This document shows, piece after piece, positions 10,697-23,664 of a stretch of DNA of 64,000 nucleotides (position 1 is its first letter; each line of letters begins with the position of its first letter). The translations under genes were made by a program, and so were the position numbers. Where the stretch lies: the NCBI GenBank assembly GCA_030295235.1, contig AP026158.1, positions 186,001 through 250,000 of the forward strand, read 5' to 3'. Origin of the DNA: Fistulifera solaris (Eukaryota). The notes beneath the pieces are model-generated. The model ran no database searches and was not told where the DNA came from. It worked only from the letters and a program-made list of their open reading frames with translations.

Positions 10697-13251
10697 CTAC
10701 TCAGAACCACTAGGTACTGTACGATTGTCCACCAATTCAGTCGTCTCGGTTAATTCGGTAAAATCGTGATCTAACAAACGCTCGCTCATCATGGCGTCGC
10801 TGTCACTGTCGACGGCAACTACTGCAACTACTCGATGTGGACGACGTCGTTGCCTCCTTGGCTGTCGTGACGACAACTCAATGGACGGAGGTTGATACCA
10901 CCGTAAGAGTAGGCTACTCATTACCACACTAACCGAGCTCAATGCCATAGCAAGAGCCGCCACGGTAGGTGGAAGTCGTACGCGCAAGAAAGGATAGAAA
11001 ACACCAGCTGCCACCGGAATGCCCAAACAGTTGTATATCAAGGACCAAACAAAATTCCACTGAATCCTACGAAATATGGCGCGGCTCAAATCCAAGGCGG
11101 TGCACACGTCAACCACATGCCCTTTCACCAGAACTATGTCGGAGGCTTCATTTGCAATGGCAGCGCCCGTACCCAAACTTAACCCAACATCGGCCTGAGC
11201 CAGAGCAGGACTGTCGTTGATACCTATGAACATGAGAGCATGCAAGGTGAGGGACCTATACAAAGAAGAAATAAATCTTATCCTTTGCCATCCAAATCCT
11301 ACTCACCATCGCCCACCATCGCTACAACTTTTCCTTCTGCCTGCAGTGTCCGAACATGTTCTAGTTTCGTTGCGGGTAATGCTTCCGCAATGATACGGTG
11401 TTGTGGAATGTTTAACTTTCGACCTACGGCAGCAGCCGTCGTCGTATTATCTCCGGTAACCATCCAAACATCGATCCCCATTTCCGATCGAAGATACGCA
11501 ATGGCGGGGCTCGCATCTTCTTTGATTTCGTCGACAATGCCCAGTATTGCTTTCACAATTCCATTCAAAGCTATCAAAACCGCGGTTTTTCCTTCTTCTT
11601 CTAACGATTGCATACACTCTTCCGCGACAAATGTTAAATCGTAATTGTGCATTTCGGCAAAGGCACGATTTCCCACGGCAATCAGTGTGTTCCCAAATCT
11701 ACCCCATGCACCTCTTCCAGTGAAAGAACGAAAGTCGGAAGGCTGCTCCAACGGTTCCTCCTCTATATATTCCTCGCCGAGCTTTTCTTCGGCAAATTTG
11801 ACAATCGCCTTCGCGAGTGGATGTTCTAATGAACGTTCGAGCGACGCCAAAAGCCAGAAAATTTGATTTTCGTTGGTTTGCTCCTTGTCATCCAATTTCA
11901 AGAAATCGGATACAACAGGCTTGCCCTGTCAACAAAAATTGAGTTTATCGAAATAAATACAACCGTGACTAGCGGATAAAAACCATTTCCACTTACTTTG
12001 GTCAAAGTCCCCGTCTTGTCAAATACGACCGAATCTACCGTACTAGCTATTTCTAACGATTCCCCTCCTTTCAACAAGATCCCCACTTTGGCCGAAACAC
12101 CGGTCCCTACCATGACAGCGGTAGGCGTCGCCAACCCCAACGCACACGGACACGAAATGACCAAACACGCGATCGCAAACAGAATACTAAACGTCATGGG
12201 ATCCTCCTCCGCATACCATGAAGAGGGGACGACGTGTGTCGAACAAAGGGCGTACCACACCAAAAACGTCACGACGCTGATGGAACATACCACCGGCACA
12301 AAGAGCGCCGAGATTGAATCCGCAAAGGTTTGGATGGGGACCGTACGCGTTTGCGCATCGTGTACAAGCTGCACAATTTGCGCCAATGCCGTTTGGGCTC
12401 CCACTCCCGTGACTTGACAAAACGACGCCCCCTCCGATCCAGTCTCGACGCACACTGTTCCTCCCATTACCGACGAGCCGATGGTTTTGAGTACGGGTAT
12501 GGCTTCCCCGTCACCATACTTTCATCGACACTCATCTCACCAACTAACACCATTCCATCCGCCGGAATGGATATACCCTGGATGACTTTGACAATATCAC
12601 CGGCACCAATGTTTTGAATGGGTACAATCGTTTCTCGATACGGATCACGAGAAGGATCAAAAGGAGCCGTAGGAGAAAGGGGCGTCACTTGAATGGCTGT
12701 TTTCGCTTGCAATTCCAGCAGTTGCGTCAATGCCTGACTGGTCCTACGGACAGCCAAGGCTTGCATCCATTTCCCACCCAACACAAAACAGATGAGAACG
12801 GCCGACGTTTCAAAGAAATGAGCCGCCATAATATCTCCCGTCAGCACACCGACCACGGCATATGAATACGATGCCGTCGTGCCCAGTACAATCAATACAT
12901 CCATTCCAGCCCGTCCCGCCACACATACGGCCAAGAATGCTCCCCGATAAAATTCCCATCCCGAAAGGAATTGCACGGGAGTGGCCAGCATCCATAAAAC
13001 GAGTGCTTCTAGTGGCATTTGCAAATGCAACACTTGAATAGGACGCTGCAAGATGGGGAACCAATGGTGTGGAAGGAACATGGTTAAAGCTAAAATGGGT
13101 ATTGTCCCCATGAGACTCCACAAAAAGGCATTCCGACGCCCTTGTACCTTTTCGGCTTGTCGTTGTTGCAATTGTTGCCATCGTTCTTCCATATCATCAA
13201 AGGTATTTCTAGGAGTTTGCTGTTGTTGTTGTTGCTCGTCAGGCTCAGTAC

Positions 13252-13282
<31 letters not shown>

Positions 13283-13675
13283 AATGTTGTCGTGAACGGT
13301 GTGAGACGAATTTTCCAAAATGGCAACCACTTTTTCGACAGAATATCCGACAGCTTCAATCGCTTGTTGGATCCGCCGAGTCATCCGGTCAGGTGGATGG
13401 TATGTTGCGGGCCACGTGATAGTGGCGATATCTGTCGCCAAGGAAATGGCGACGGTTGAAATTTCGGGTATTTCGTGTCGAATCGATTGTTCAATGGTAC
13501 CACTGCAGACCGTACACGTCATACCATGAATCCAAAATTCGGCGCGATTGTAGTATTGTGTTGTTCGAACGAGATCTTCGATGTCACCGATGTGTTGCGG
13601 TGTTGTTGTTGTTGTTGTTGTTATTGTTATTATTTCTTCATTGATGAAATGTGTCGATCGTTCCTCTTCTGACAT
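10697..13675 (-). CDS. P1B-1 type copper-transporting ATPase
   Basis: HMA domain GMTCTVC, CPC, DKTGT, HP, TGDN, GDGIND, YN and MALSS motifs. Introns 11224-11306 and 11926-11996. A one-base loss in the C4 run 12506-12509 breaks TGEAIPV. Confidence 0.95.
13250..13281. repeat. (TTG)n microsatellite encoding poly-Asn; a second run lies at about 13601-13622
   Basis: Direct reading. Confidence 0.85.
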
Positions 13676-14158
13676 CTTTTGTTGAACGATTTTACACACC
13701 AAAGAAAGAAAGAAACAAAGCGAAAGATGGTAATTATATTCTTAACGCGAAGGAATAAATAATAATGATATCATTTCACAAAACAACGCACAACGCGTTT
13801 CGACTGTTGGGGGTCCTTCGCTCCACATTCTGGTACACACCTTCCTCCGAGCCGTCGTGATGAACCACCTCTCTCTACAAAGGAAGAGTAGGCACAATTT
13901 GCAACACTGGTTCTCCCTTGTACACAAAGACTCATATCAACATCTTTTGGAAATAAGTATATGACACTCACAATGGAATGGAAGCTTGTATTTTTTTTTA
14001 ATCGTCAACCAACCAATGACATCTATAAATAATACTCCGTAATAACGATCATTGTATTTTTACACGGGTATAATTGCGAGCTTGGATGATACAACCCTTC
14101 TTATACATCATTGCCTTTTCACCTATAAAAGAAACAAGGAACGAATTGACCGTCAAAC

Positions 14159-15118
14159 ATGAATACTGTCATGAGGATACGAAGCAACAAGAATACAAAA
14201 GGCACCCGAAGAATTATCATCACCATCATCATCATGATGTTCCGGGCACTACTGCTACTCATTTGGTTGCCTCTCGGGGAAAGCCAACGATGGACTACCA
14301 AGATTCGCGCACTCCAACAACAACAACAACAACAACAACACAATCATAATTCATCGTGTTCCTTTGAAGATCTCTTTGCCTCTGTTTGTTCTTTAGAAGA
14401 CTATTGCGCGAGTCTGACTCCGATCATGGCCAGTTGTTCTGGTGATATTAGTAGTGAATGGTTTATTCTAATTCAAATGGAAGAAGTTTGTTTCGAGACG
14501 GAACTCCGAGAAAGTAGTTTTCCACGACACTCTCCCAATGCGACCGTTCCTTTACCTGACCGCGGGTTTTGTTCTCTCGAAAGTGCCTATTTCCATTTCC
14601 GCGGAGCCATTTTGGAAAATGCGCAGCGTCAAGAGATTATTACACATCCTGTCAAAGGATTATTGCAACAAGTCATTTGGTATCAACCGTGTGACGATTC
14701 GGTGGCCGATTCCTTTTTCGGACGAGGCTATTGTGCCGATCCTTGTCCACAAACGGTATTACAAGGATCGTTGATGTGTCATTCGCAGTGTAAAATGTGT
14801 CTCGACGACGAATCAACACCACAAATCTTGGATTGTTCCAATATACATCCGGCACTCGTGGAAACATGTGGTCAGGAAGAATCCTTTACGAGGGCTTTTT
14901 TGCAATATCTGAACAATGAAACGAGCAACGATGATAGTTTTTGGTCGGATACGAGTCGTCGTCACGAAGAGCCCGTATTGGAAGGAGACGAATCCTCCTC
15001 GACAACCACGAGTAGTTCTGCGGAACAAAGTCATGTTTCGTGGGCTATTGCACTATCCATTATCGCCTTTCTACTTGTAGATGGCATCCGCATCTTCGAA
15101 AATCAGCAACGATTTTGA
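14159..15118 (+). CDS. Secreted or surface Cys-rich hypothetical protein
   Basis: 319-aa ORF; probable start at MMFRALLLLIWLPLGES (signal peptide); poly-Q, many Cys, Ser/Thr linker, hydrophobic C-terminus. Confidence 0.6.
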   Translation: MNTVMRIRSNKNTKGTRRIIITIIIMMFRALLLLIWLPLGESQRWTTKIRALQQQQQQQQHNHNSSCSFEDLFASVCSLEDYCASLTPIMASCSGDISSEWFILIQMEEVCFETELRESSFPRHSPNATVPLPDRGFCSLESAYFHFRGAILENAQRQEIITHPVKGLLQQVIWYQPCDDSVADSFFGRGYCADPCPQTVLQGSLMCHSQCKMCLDDESTPQILDCSNIHPALVETCGQEESFTRAFLQYLNNETSNDDSFWSDTSRRHEEPVLEGDESSSTTTSSSAEQSHVSWAIALSIIAFLLVDGIRIFENQQRF

Positions 15119-15347
15119 CGCGATCGTACGACTAGCGTCTACTACGTAGAATCGTGCATTGAAGAAAGACGGAGAATCATCCTCTATTCACACGAGTTCT
15201 GGAGAAAACACTATTTCCTCGGCGGTATTAGCATACACACGCATTTTCGAAAAAGCAACAGGTTGATACTATCGTACGACTATTCTAGCATCCAATATGA
15301 TATCGTGTCTACTATCAATTTAGCCATTGTGCGGCGACATCATTCTT

Positions 15348-17132
15348 TTAAAGAACCAACGCCAACAACATGGATGCCATACCCCAAATGGCCATATGGG
15401 TGCTCGCCGAGGACGATTCACCGACGGGAGGAGGAACACTGGGTCCCGTGGCGGGTGGAACCGTGGTACCATCAGACGGACTCGGGGCCGGAGTATCACC
15501 ATCATTGGTGCCCGATGTGGTAGGCACAACCGTTCCAAAGGCTGGAGTGGGAACATCCGATTCACCGTCATCTCCCATCGTGGGAGCCAAAGTACTGTCC
15601 GAAGTCGGTGCCAAAGTCGGGGCCGGTGTGGCGGCAAAGTTCTCACCAAACTGGTACGCCGAAATTTGTCCCAACACATCGGCCGCATACACAATTGTAC
15701 CACGTCCATTCATAGCGATATCACCATAAACACCACCCGTGACATTGACGGTCCATTCCAACTGTCCCAAGTTGCTCACGGGGACCATGTAGACTCCACC
15801 ATCGGTCGAAACGGTTGCTTGTGTGGCATAAATGATGAATTGCTGATCTTGCGTCAACAAAAGACGTGACGAAACCAAATCGGGAGTCGTGGCGACATTC
15901 ATGTTGCTGTAATCGTACGACATGGACCAGATTTGGGGAGCCGCACCGACACCGTACACTGTGGGTTGGACCGGGTCGCTGCTCAAGGTGACTTGAGCAC
16001 GGGGTCCTGGTAGGCTGGAGCGGGTCGATCGGCGCGATCAAAGGTGGCACGACCGGTGCGGCCACGCGAAAAGTACGTACGGGCCAAGGGTGCTTCTCCG
16101 AGGTAGCAATCCGTCGTGGCCTTGGAGACTGTCCAGTACATGCTGAGACCTCCGTTGGTCAAGACGGGACCCGTGGTGGTGTGAAAGTCGGTACGACTGC
16201 CCATGGGAGCAAAGCTCAATCCCTGTCCATCTCCCATGTATTCCATGGGGAATTGAAAGACAAAGACTTGACCGTCCGTTTCGGCAATCGATGTCGCCGT
16301 GCGGGGAGTATCCCACGCAAAGAAAAAAGACATCGTTGGTGTTGTTGGCACCACCATCGTACCAGCCCGCCGTGGGATTGTGGTAGAAACCAATGGGAGA
16401 AAAGGGACGGGCAACGGCAACAGTGCCGTTGGCACCACTTTCTTGCGAGGCATAATTTTCGGAAAAGATGGGTTCCAGGGGAGCACCAGGTTGCAAGCCT
16501 GCCACCGAAAAGATGGACAAGTATCCTTCCAGGGCATCCACATTGTGCGTGACGAGGATATGAGCTCCGTCACTGTCTGTGACGGGAGTTCCGGCAGCAA
16601 TACCTTGCAATGAAGCAGACTGGAAGATGAGAGCACCTGTCGGGTCGACGGCAATCACACGACTGTCAAGAAAACAAAAGAAAGTGAGAGAATGAAAAGA
16701 CGGCAGCAACACCACCACCACCACCACCACCACACATGATAATGAGAAGACTCACGTAGTGGCCAAGGGACTGTTCGTCTTATCGGTAGCGCCATCCGCA
16801 ATCGCATAGACCAAATAAGGACGAGCGCTGCGGTAGTTAAAGGTGACACCACTCCAACAACGAATGGAAAAACCGAGATTTTCGGGGACAAAGGTCCACA
16901 AGACGGCACCCGTCGTTGGTTCAAAGGCTCGCAAAGTACCATCCGATGATGTCGAAACAATCATCTTGTTGTCGGGAGACAAGTAGATACCATTGCCTTG
17001 CAAGACTCCGGCGGCCGTGTCATCGGTCGTTCGTCCCGACCACAACACCGTCGGATCAAGGTAGTTGAAATCTTGAGCCTGTACGAAGGAACTCAAAAAG
17101 AGAAGAAGAAAGCTCAAAGAGAGTTTCATCAT
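15348..17132 (-). CDS. Secreted beta-propeller (PQQ/WD40-like) cell-surface protein with Pro/Thr-rich stalk and GPI-like tail
   Basis: Signal peptide MMKLSLSFLLLFLSSFVQA; DGTLRAFEPTTGAVLW and GQLEW propeller motifs; APT repeats; hydrophobic C-terminus; intron 16663-16755; frameshifts near 16320 and 15990. Confidence 0.7.
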
Positions 17133-17778
17133 GGTTGAAATACTGGAAACAAATAATACGAATCAAATACTCTGCAACGTCCACCAAGTCGTATTGTGTG
17201 TTGATCGTTTCGTCCGTCGAAATGTGAATCTTTGGAGGGAGAGAAAAACACGATGTTGCACACTTTCGTCATCGATCGAGTGTACGGTTGAACGGATGCT
17301 GAAACGGTCCGGTGCTTCTAAGTATTTCTTCCGTGCCGACGCAAAGAACATTCCCACGATCCATTTCTGTACAATCCACTCCGGCCACGCTTCGGACACA
17401 TATCTCGTATAGTTCTTTGACAACGGATGTCGGCCAACTCTTAGTCCATGACTCAAACGGATGGGAGTCTCCACAGCCTCATACTCAACTGTAGGGTTGG
17501 ATATGGATACTTAAAACGCACCACCAATCAGTCCCGCCGCGTGTAATAGGGGTCCACGCTTTAAGCTTCGGGCGGTCCTTATGAAGCGTGCGCGAATGAC
17601 AACACGAATAATGCCCTTCTCTGGGAATATTCGTATCCCCTACTTATCCACAAAATAAAATTCAAAAGACAATCAACAGATCAGTAAAATCCTAATGAGA
17701 GTCTTAAGACTCTAACTATATTGAAGCAGAAAGTATAGTATGGAATGACGTTGTTTCCCTGATTTGTCGCAACGCACA

Positions 17779-18354
17779 TCATGGTTCGGCCGTACAGATC
17801 AACAAATCATTGCGACTATTGATATCCATCCGAAGATCTCCATCTAAATAGAGAGTATCAAACCATCCTTGACCGATGGGAGGAATGCTATAAACGCCCC
17901 ATCGCCCTAAATCCAAGGTGGCTTGAGAAAAGACAAAATTAGTTCGTTTTCCCGCTCGATTGGGGATCGACAAGATACCCTGGACGCCCAACGATCCACC
18001 TTTCACAAAAGGTATACAATTTTCGAGACGATTTCCGTCGATGATTTGATAGATTGATCCGGGTAGACTCCAACCTTGATCGCTAAAAAAATTAATTTCG
18101 TTTTCCGTCGTATATTGCAATTTCCATTTCTTTTGTAAAAGGGGTGATGCGGCTGTGGCTTGGACGGGTGACAGTGGTGCTAATTGTTCCACCAAGGACT
18201 CAATGGTAGCGCGTTCGGGTCTTTGACGGCATGTTTGTAGTAATTGTTGTTTCAATGGCTCCGTGGCTGACACGCGTTGCAGCCAGGCGTGGGCAAATGG
18301 TCGAAAAATGAAATTCCCGACAAGAAAGAAAGTTACAAATCTTCGAGAGGGCAT
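17779..18354 (-). CDS. PAP/fibrillin family plastid lipid-associated protein
   Basis: Signal ending AHA-W; LKQQLL, WKLQYTT, GWFDTLYLDGDLRMDINSRND C-terminal signature. Confidence 0.85.
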   Translation of the reverse strand: MPSRRFVTFFLVGNFIFRPFAHAWLQRVSATEPLKQQLLQTCRQRPERATIESLVEQLAPLSPVQATAASPLLQKKWKLQYTTENEINFFSDQGWSLPGSIYQIIDGNRLENCIPFVKGGSLGVQGILSIPNRAGKRTNFVFSQATLDLGRWGVYSIPPIGQGWFDTLYLDGDLRMDINSRNDLLICTAEP

Positions 18355-19375
18355 TTCAGTTTGACTGTGCCGTTCGAAACAAAATGACAGAGTGAGTGTC
18401 GGCTTTCGATTCCCATGGTGAGGGAAATAATAAAAATCATTATCATCATCATCATCGTCGTCTTTTTCGTCTTTTCCTCCGATCTTCAAACAAAAATTCG
18501 CTTGTCGCAGCAGTATTGAAGTTGACCTTTGCCAATTGTAGCAAAAGACAGACGGCGGACTTCACTGGCTACACTATGCAGTGACTTTGTAACGAATGTG
18601 CGGTGACGTAGGAAGTTCCAAATATCTAGCGAAGCCCCAACCCCCGACGTCCCTTATAGTTCTTCTTTGTACAAATCGATATCATTTCCTTGTACTCATG
18701 AGTATCTAAAATGTCCTGATGACACTAGATGTCAGCGTACCGGTACTCAGCTATGTAAGTAAGAGGCAGTTCGCCGGTTCGCCGCATTCTGCTTAGCGGC
18801 GGAGAAAGATGCATGATTGGCACTGTACAGTAGAGGCTTATATGGAGAAATATGTGGTGGTGGTACAAAATGGAACGGACGAGAAAGGTTTCCAGCCATT
18901 TCTGTAGACCGCAGTATTTGTCCTACGTGCTTTCAAGGCAACACGATGTCAAATGTCAAAAACAGCCGTCACAAAAGAGTTCATTTGGCACAAAAACACA
19001 AAAAAGACCTTGGTACTCTCCTCTATTTGTTGTCGCGTACTTTTCAGTGTCAACTTCTATCATCTCTTCTCTCTTCTTATCATTTTCATCGATCTACAAC
19101 TTCGAAAATAAAGTAAGTAATTATGGTGTGGTTGGTTAAAATGGATCGGAAGGGATTGTTAGTAGACAACGACAATGATAATCAATCACAACATGATGAT
19201 TGATGATCATCTTGCTTGAGTGCGCTGCGGTAACAATGAACGAAGGAATAATGTCGCATGACTTGTCGTTTGCTTTTTTAGACATCCAACAGGAAGATTG
19301 TTTGTCCTTCTCCTACATCTAGCTTTGTTCGTTCATCGAGCATCATGTAATATCTAACGCATCGTTATCAGAGAC

Positions 19376-20641
19376 ATGGCAGAATTCAACAACTACGAAG
19401 ACCCGTCGAACGACGACCTCATGCGCGCGCCGCGAAGGTTTAAAACCGCCTTTATCTTCTTTTCTTCGGCGCGTCACAAAGAGATGAAAGAAGAACTGGC
19501 TGCGGAGGGAAAAGCGGAAAAGGTGCGTTTCTCGGGTAGCTCATCTCCCACTGTTGCATGTGTCTCATTGTATAGCTCACGCAATGTCTTTTCTTTTTTT
19601 CGTTTGTTGCATTTCTTCGATTGCTTCGACAATCCGTTTCTTTATACAGACTACGACGATTGCGAAAGCTCTTTCGAAAGAATGGCGTGAAATGTCTCCG
19701 GCCGACCGCGCCGTTTGGGAAGCCAAATCAAAGATTGATAAGGATCGCTATGATGCGGAAATGGCCACCTTCAAGCAGCACCAGAAACTTCATAACACGG
19801 TCCCGGCCAAGAAGGCCAAGAAAGATCCCAATGCACCAAAGCGACCCATGTCGGCCTTTCTGGCGTTTTCGAATCAACGTCGTGCGGCTCTCAAGCGCAA
19901 GAATCCGGATGCCACCAACGCGGATCTCTCCAAAATGTTGAGTGTCGCCTGGAAAGAAGCCACGGACGAGTTCAAGGCTGAGTTCATCGAAGAAGAAGCC
20001 CGATTGCGTGCGCAATACAAGATTGATATTTTGGCGTGGCGCAAAAGAAGTCGGATGAAATCCGTTCGACCATTGGAGGGAACAAGAAACTCATGCAGAC
20101 GGCCTACACGGTCAAGCCGGATCCGTCGACGCGTATGAAAAAAGGAGCCGCTCCGCCGCAGCAACAGCAGCCGCCGGTGGTCCCAAACAACAACAGTGCT
20201 CTGAACAATGGCGGCATGTACAGTCTTGGCAATGTTGGTGGCTTTGGTCATCAGCAGGGTATGTTGAATGGCATGGGTGGCAGTCAGTTTATGGGTAACC
20301 ACTTTGGGCAATTGCAACAGCAGCAACCAGGATCGCAACAGTCGTTCTACAATACGGGATTTCAAGGCAACGGTCTCCAGGGTAGTTCCTTTCAAGGCGC
20401 TACCAATCCCGCCATGTACCAAGCCTTCCAGATGCATCCGCAGTTTGCCATGCAAACGCAACCGCACATGGGCGGAGGGCCCATGAATTTGTACGGCGGA
20501 CAGCAAGTTGGAATGCCTCAGGGCAATTACAATTACGGTTTGATGGGATTCTCGTCGGGCTTTGATGCTTATGGCGGTGGCGGAGCCGACAGCAATGCCA
20601 TGTATCTTCATCAGCAGCAACATCTTCACGACGGACATTAA
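19376..20641 (+). CDS. Two-HMG-box protein with Q/G/N-rich low-complexity C-terminus
   Basis: APRRFKTAFIFF and KDPNAPKRPMSAFLAFS HMG boxes; intron 19523-19649; frameshift in the A-run near 20045. Confidence 0.9.
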
Positions 20642-21172
20642 TTGGTGCATTGTGTGTCTTGCTTCAACACTTCGACGTCCTTGTTTTCGTTGTTCGACTC
20701 TTTATACTACTAGTAATATTGAAAGTACCTTTGTTCTATTAGCGTATTCTATGATGCTATTTCTTTGGGTTTTTTTGGCCCGCATTCTTTTCCCATGCTA
20801 GAGCACGGGACGACTCGAGCATCATCAACATGGACTTCTCCAGGATAAGCAGCACATTGGTGGCTGGAATCGATGTTGGTAGTGACCTTCTTTTGAATCA
20901 AAGGATCCTGGATAGGATGATTCGTCGCTCAGCTTCAACTGTATCTAAAATTTTAATAAGTAGTAGGAACATTGCACGACTGGATCTGAGTCGTGAAAGG
21001 CCAGGGTTGCGTTTTTGCATTATTTCTTCGTTTCTCTTATATTTCGATGTTCGATCGAAGCTGTTCCTAAGGTTTATTCACCATGAAAACTTCTTTAGAG
21101 TCCGTTGATGGATAATTCATTTGCTCTTTGGCTTCATTATCGAGTGTGCCTTTTTTGTAGCGATAAACAACG

Positions 21173-23510
21173 ATGCAAAGCTTGTTGAACCGAGTCAAGG
21201 GCGGAAAGCCCGAGGAGTCGAAAGGAATCTCATCCGCCGCTGTGAAATGGTCCGAACAGGAACGAAAGTTGTTCTTTGTAAGTGTTTTTTGTTACAAGAG
21301 TGATGATTCGGCCAACTTATCATCTGATAATTGATTTCTTTCGATAATATTATTGTCGATAGGGTTGTTGGGCCACCGTATTGATTGCGGCGAATCCTCT
21401 CTATTCACTGGAGGACAACCCGAGACGCACTACGGTATTGACGAGTTGGTTGGTAGCTTCCGCGGAAGCCTTGAGCTTGGATCCGACGATTACGGAAGCG
21501 TATATTCCCCTCCTTACGGCCGACTCGATCCCTCCGAGTGATGTGAAACAACAATTGGCGGAACTACGGGCAAAAATAGAACCCTACAGGGATGTCTTGG
21601 CGCAACCAGTACAGCAATTGTGCCATATGTGGATTCACTTATTAGTGACCGTACCGGCGGGGTACGATGCTCGTTTGCGGGTCGCTTTGAAAGTCTTTGT
21701 CGTCATGTTGTACTTGATGGAACATTCGAAAGGTGTCGAGGGTTTAGAAGAGGCTACCCACTCCTTTTTGGCATTGGAACAATGTATTGCCCACTATTTG
21801 CTCCTCTTTTTAGAACAACAACAAAAGAAGAAACAAGAAATGTTGCAAGCTGCACAAAAGAGAGACTCCTCTTCGAAACTGTTGCGTCAACTCAAAATCG
21901 GCGGGGCCGCTGTCGCCGCTGGTGGATTATTCGCCATCACCGGCGGTTTGGCCGCTCCGGGCATCGCCGCGGGTATTGCGGTAGTGGCGGGCGGTACAGC
22001 CATTGGAGCTACGGCGGCGGCATTGTTTGCAAGTTCCTTGGTTGTGACGGCCTTGTTTGGGATTGGGGGTGGGACTTTGGCGGCCTACAAAATGCAACGG
22101 AGAACCGGTGGTTTGACCGAATTTGAAATACAGAGTGAAGCTGTGACGTCGGAATCGCATCTTTCGAGTGTTGTGGCGATATCTGGCTGGCTTTTGGAAG
22201 ATTCTGATGTTCAGCGACCGTGGGGTGTGGTCCCTTCGAATCCTCCCATTCGTGACAAGGTTCAATTATTGGAGCGCTTTTATTCGGTGTATTGTCCGGA
22301 GCAATTACCAAACGTTCAACAACACTTGGAACTATATAAAGATCGAGAGGGCGAATTGTGGGCATGGTTGGAATCTATTTATGGACGGAATCCGGATGCA
22401 CCATTTCCGAGGCCTGGTCAGTCGACCAGAGTGAAAGCGTCACGAGAACAGGAGCAAATGGTTCGAAACACGTTTGCTGGTCTTGGACTGCTGTCTTTTA
22501 AAGATATAAAGGAAGAAAAGGCGGAAGAAAACGTTCCAGAGAAGACAATTGCCTTTCCAATCGAAGCGACGATGCAAGACGAAAGCCATGACTACAAGCC
22601 GCCGAAACATGTCTCGACGGTCTGGGACTACTACGACGTTTACGGTGGTGCGGAGCTACTCACGGTCAAGTTTGAAAGCAAAGCCTTGAAACAGCTCTGC
22701 GACTCTGCTGGTAGGGCTGTTAGCACCGTGATCAAAACAGAAGGAACGAAACAGGCTTTGAAGTACACCGTCATGGCTACTCTAATGACAGCGGTTGCAT
22801 TACCGTCATTATTATTGAAGGTCGCGAATATGATTGATGAAGAATGGACTGTCATGTGCGAACGTGCCGATGAAGCTGGCGTAGAATTGGCTCGCGCATT
22901 GCTCTATCATAAAGGAGGTAACCGTCCGATGACTCTCGTTGGTTATTCGTTTGGAGCGCGAATCATATATGCTTGTGTCAGGGAGCTTGTTCGGTACCAA
23001 AAGCTGTGGGAAGAGTGGCAAGAAAAGCAAGTTGAAACAAAACAAGAAAAGAGTACGGACGATAAAAATACGAGGTCGGATAGCGATGATTTTTCGTCGA
23101 TGAGAGACCCCTCGAGTATTTTGGAGGATGTAATTTTTATGGGTTTGCCGAAAGCTTTCCGAGCTCACGACTGGGAACGATTTCGGAGTGTTGTGGCAGG
23201 GCGGTTAATCAACTGCTTTTCGCAGAAAGATATGATGCTGGGCTTGATGTTTCGTTACAAACGGTTAAACGTAGAAGGTGTATGCGGAACAGGACCGGTA
23301 TCTTTGTCAGGCATTGAAGATATCGATGTTTCGGATTTGGTTTCAGGGCATTCCGAGTATTGTTACTCAATCCGCGATATATTGAATCGAATTCGTTTCG
23401 CGCAACCGTTCCATTCTGCTTCCACCAAGTTTAGCAAGGTTGAAGATGAGATACTAACCAATGCTATTGATGAAACAAACACTTTAGCTAAAGAAAGTGG
23501 CCGAGCATGA
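21173..23510 (+). CDS. TMCO4 / DUF726 family alpha-beta hydrolase-like membrane protein
   Basis: Exon 1 21173-21277, phase-0 intron 21278-21362. Motifs YDARLRV, TGGLAAP, RADEAG, RPMTLVGYSFGARII, VVAGRLINCFS, GHSEY. Confidence 0.9.
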
Positions 23511-23664
23511 GTAAAATCGGATTTTGGTCTAAAGACGGACGGTCCCACCAGTAACAAATGTAGTGAAATAATGTAAATGACAATTACGATAGACGTTATT
23601 CTTGTATTCGGCACACACTTAAGTTTATGGGAGCTCAAAAAATTCGATCTTAAATGTGGCAACT

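Noticed and set aside
12500..12512. Programmed frameshift in the Cu-ATPase, as in E. coli copA
   Set aside because: The break is in the A-domain TGE motif at a homopolymer, like the many other error-type indels
9907..13675. SelM and Cu-ATPase, or Prx6, SENP8 and NADK, as functional gene clusters
   Set aside because: Adjacency in a compact eukaryotic genome is not evidence of co-function
17520..17640. GC-rich stem (cacgctt/aagcgtg) as an ncRNA
   Set aside because: Only a 7-bp stem and no family motif
19874..20650. Long antisense ORFs (also 1888-2445, 40556-41173, 63231-63893)
   Set aside because: Shadows of real genes or of microsatellite-rich UTRs
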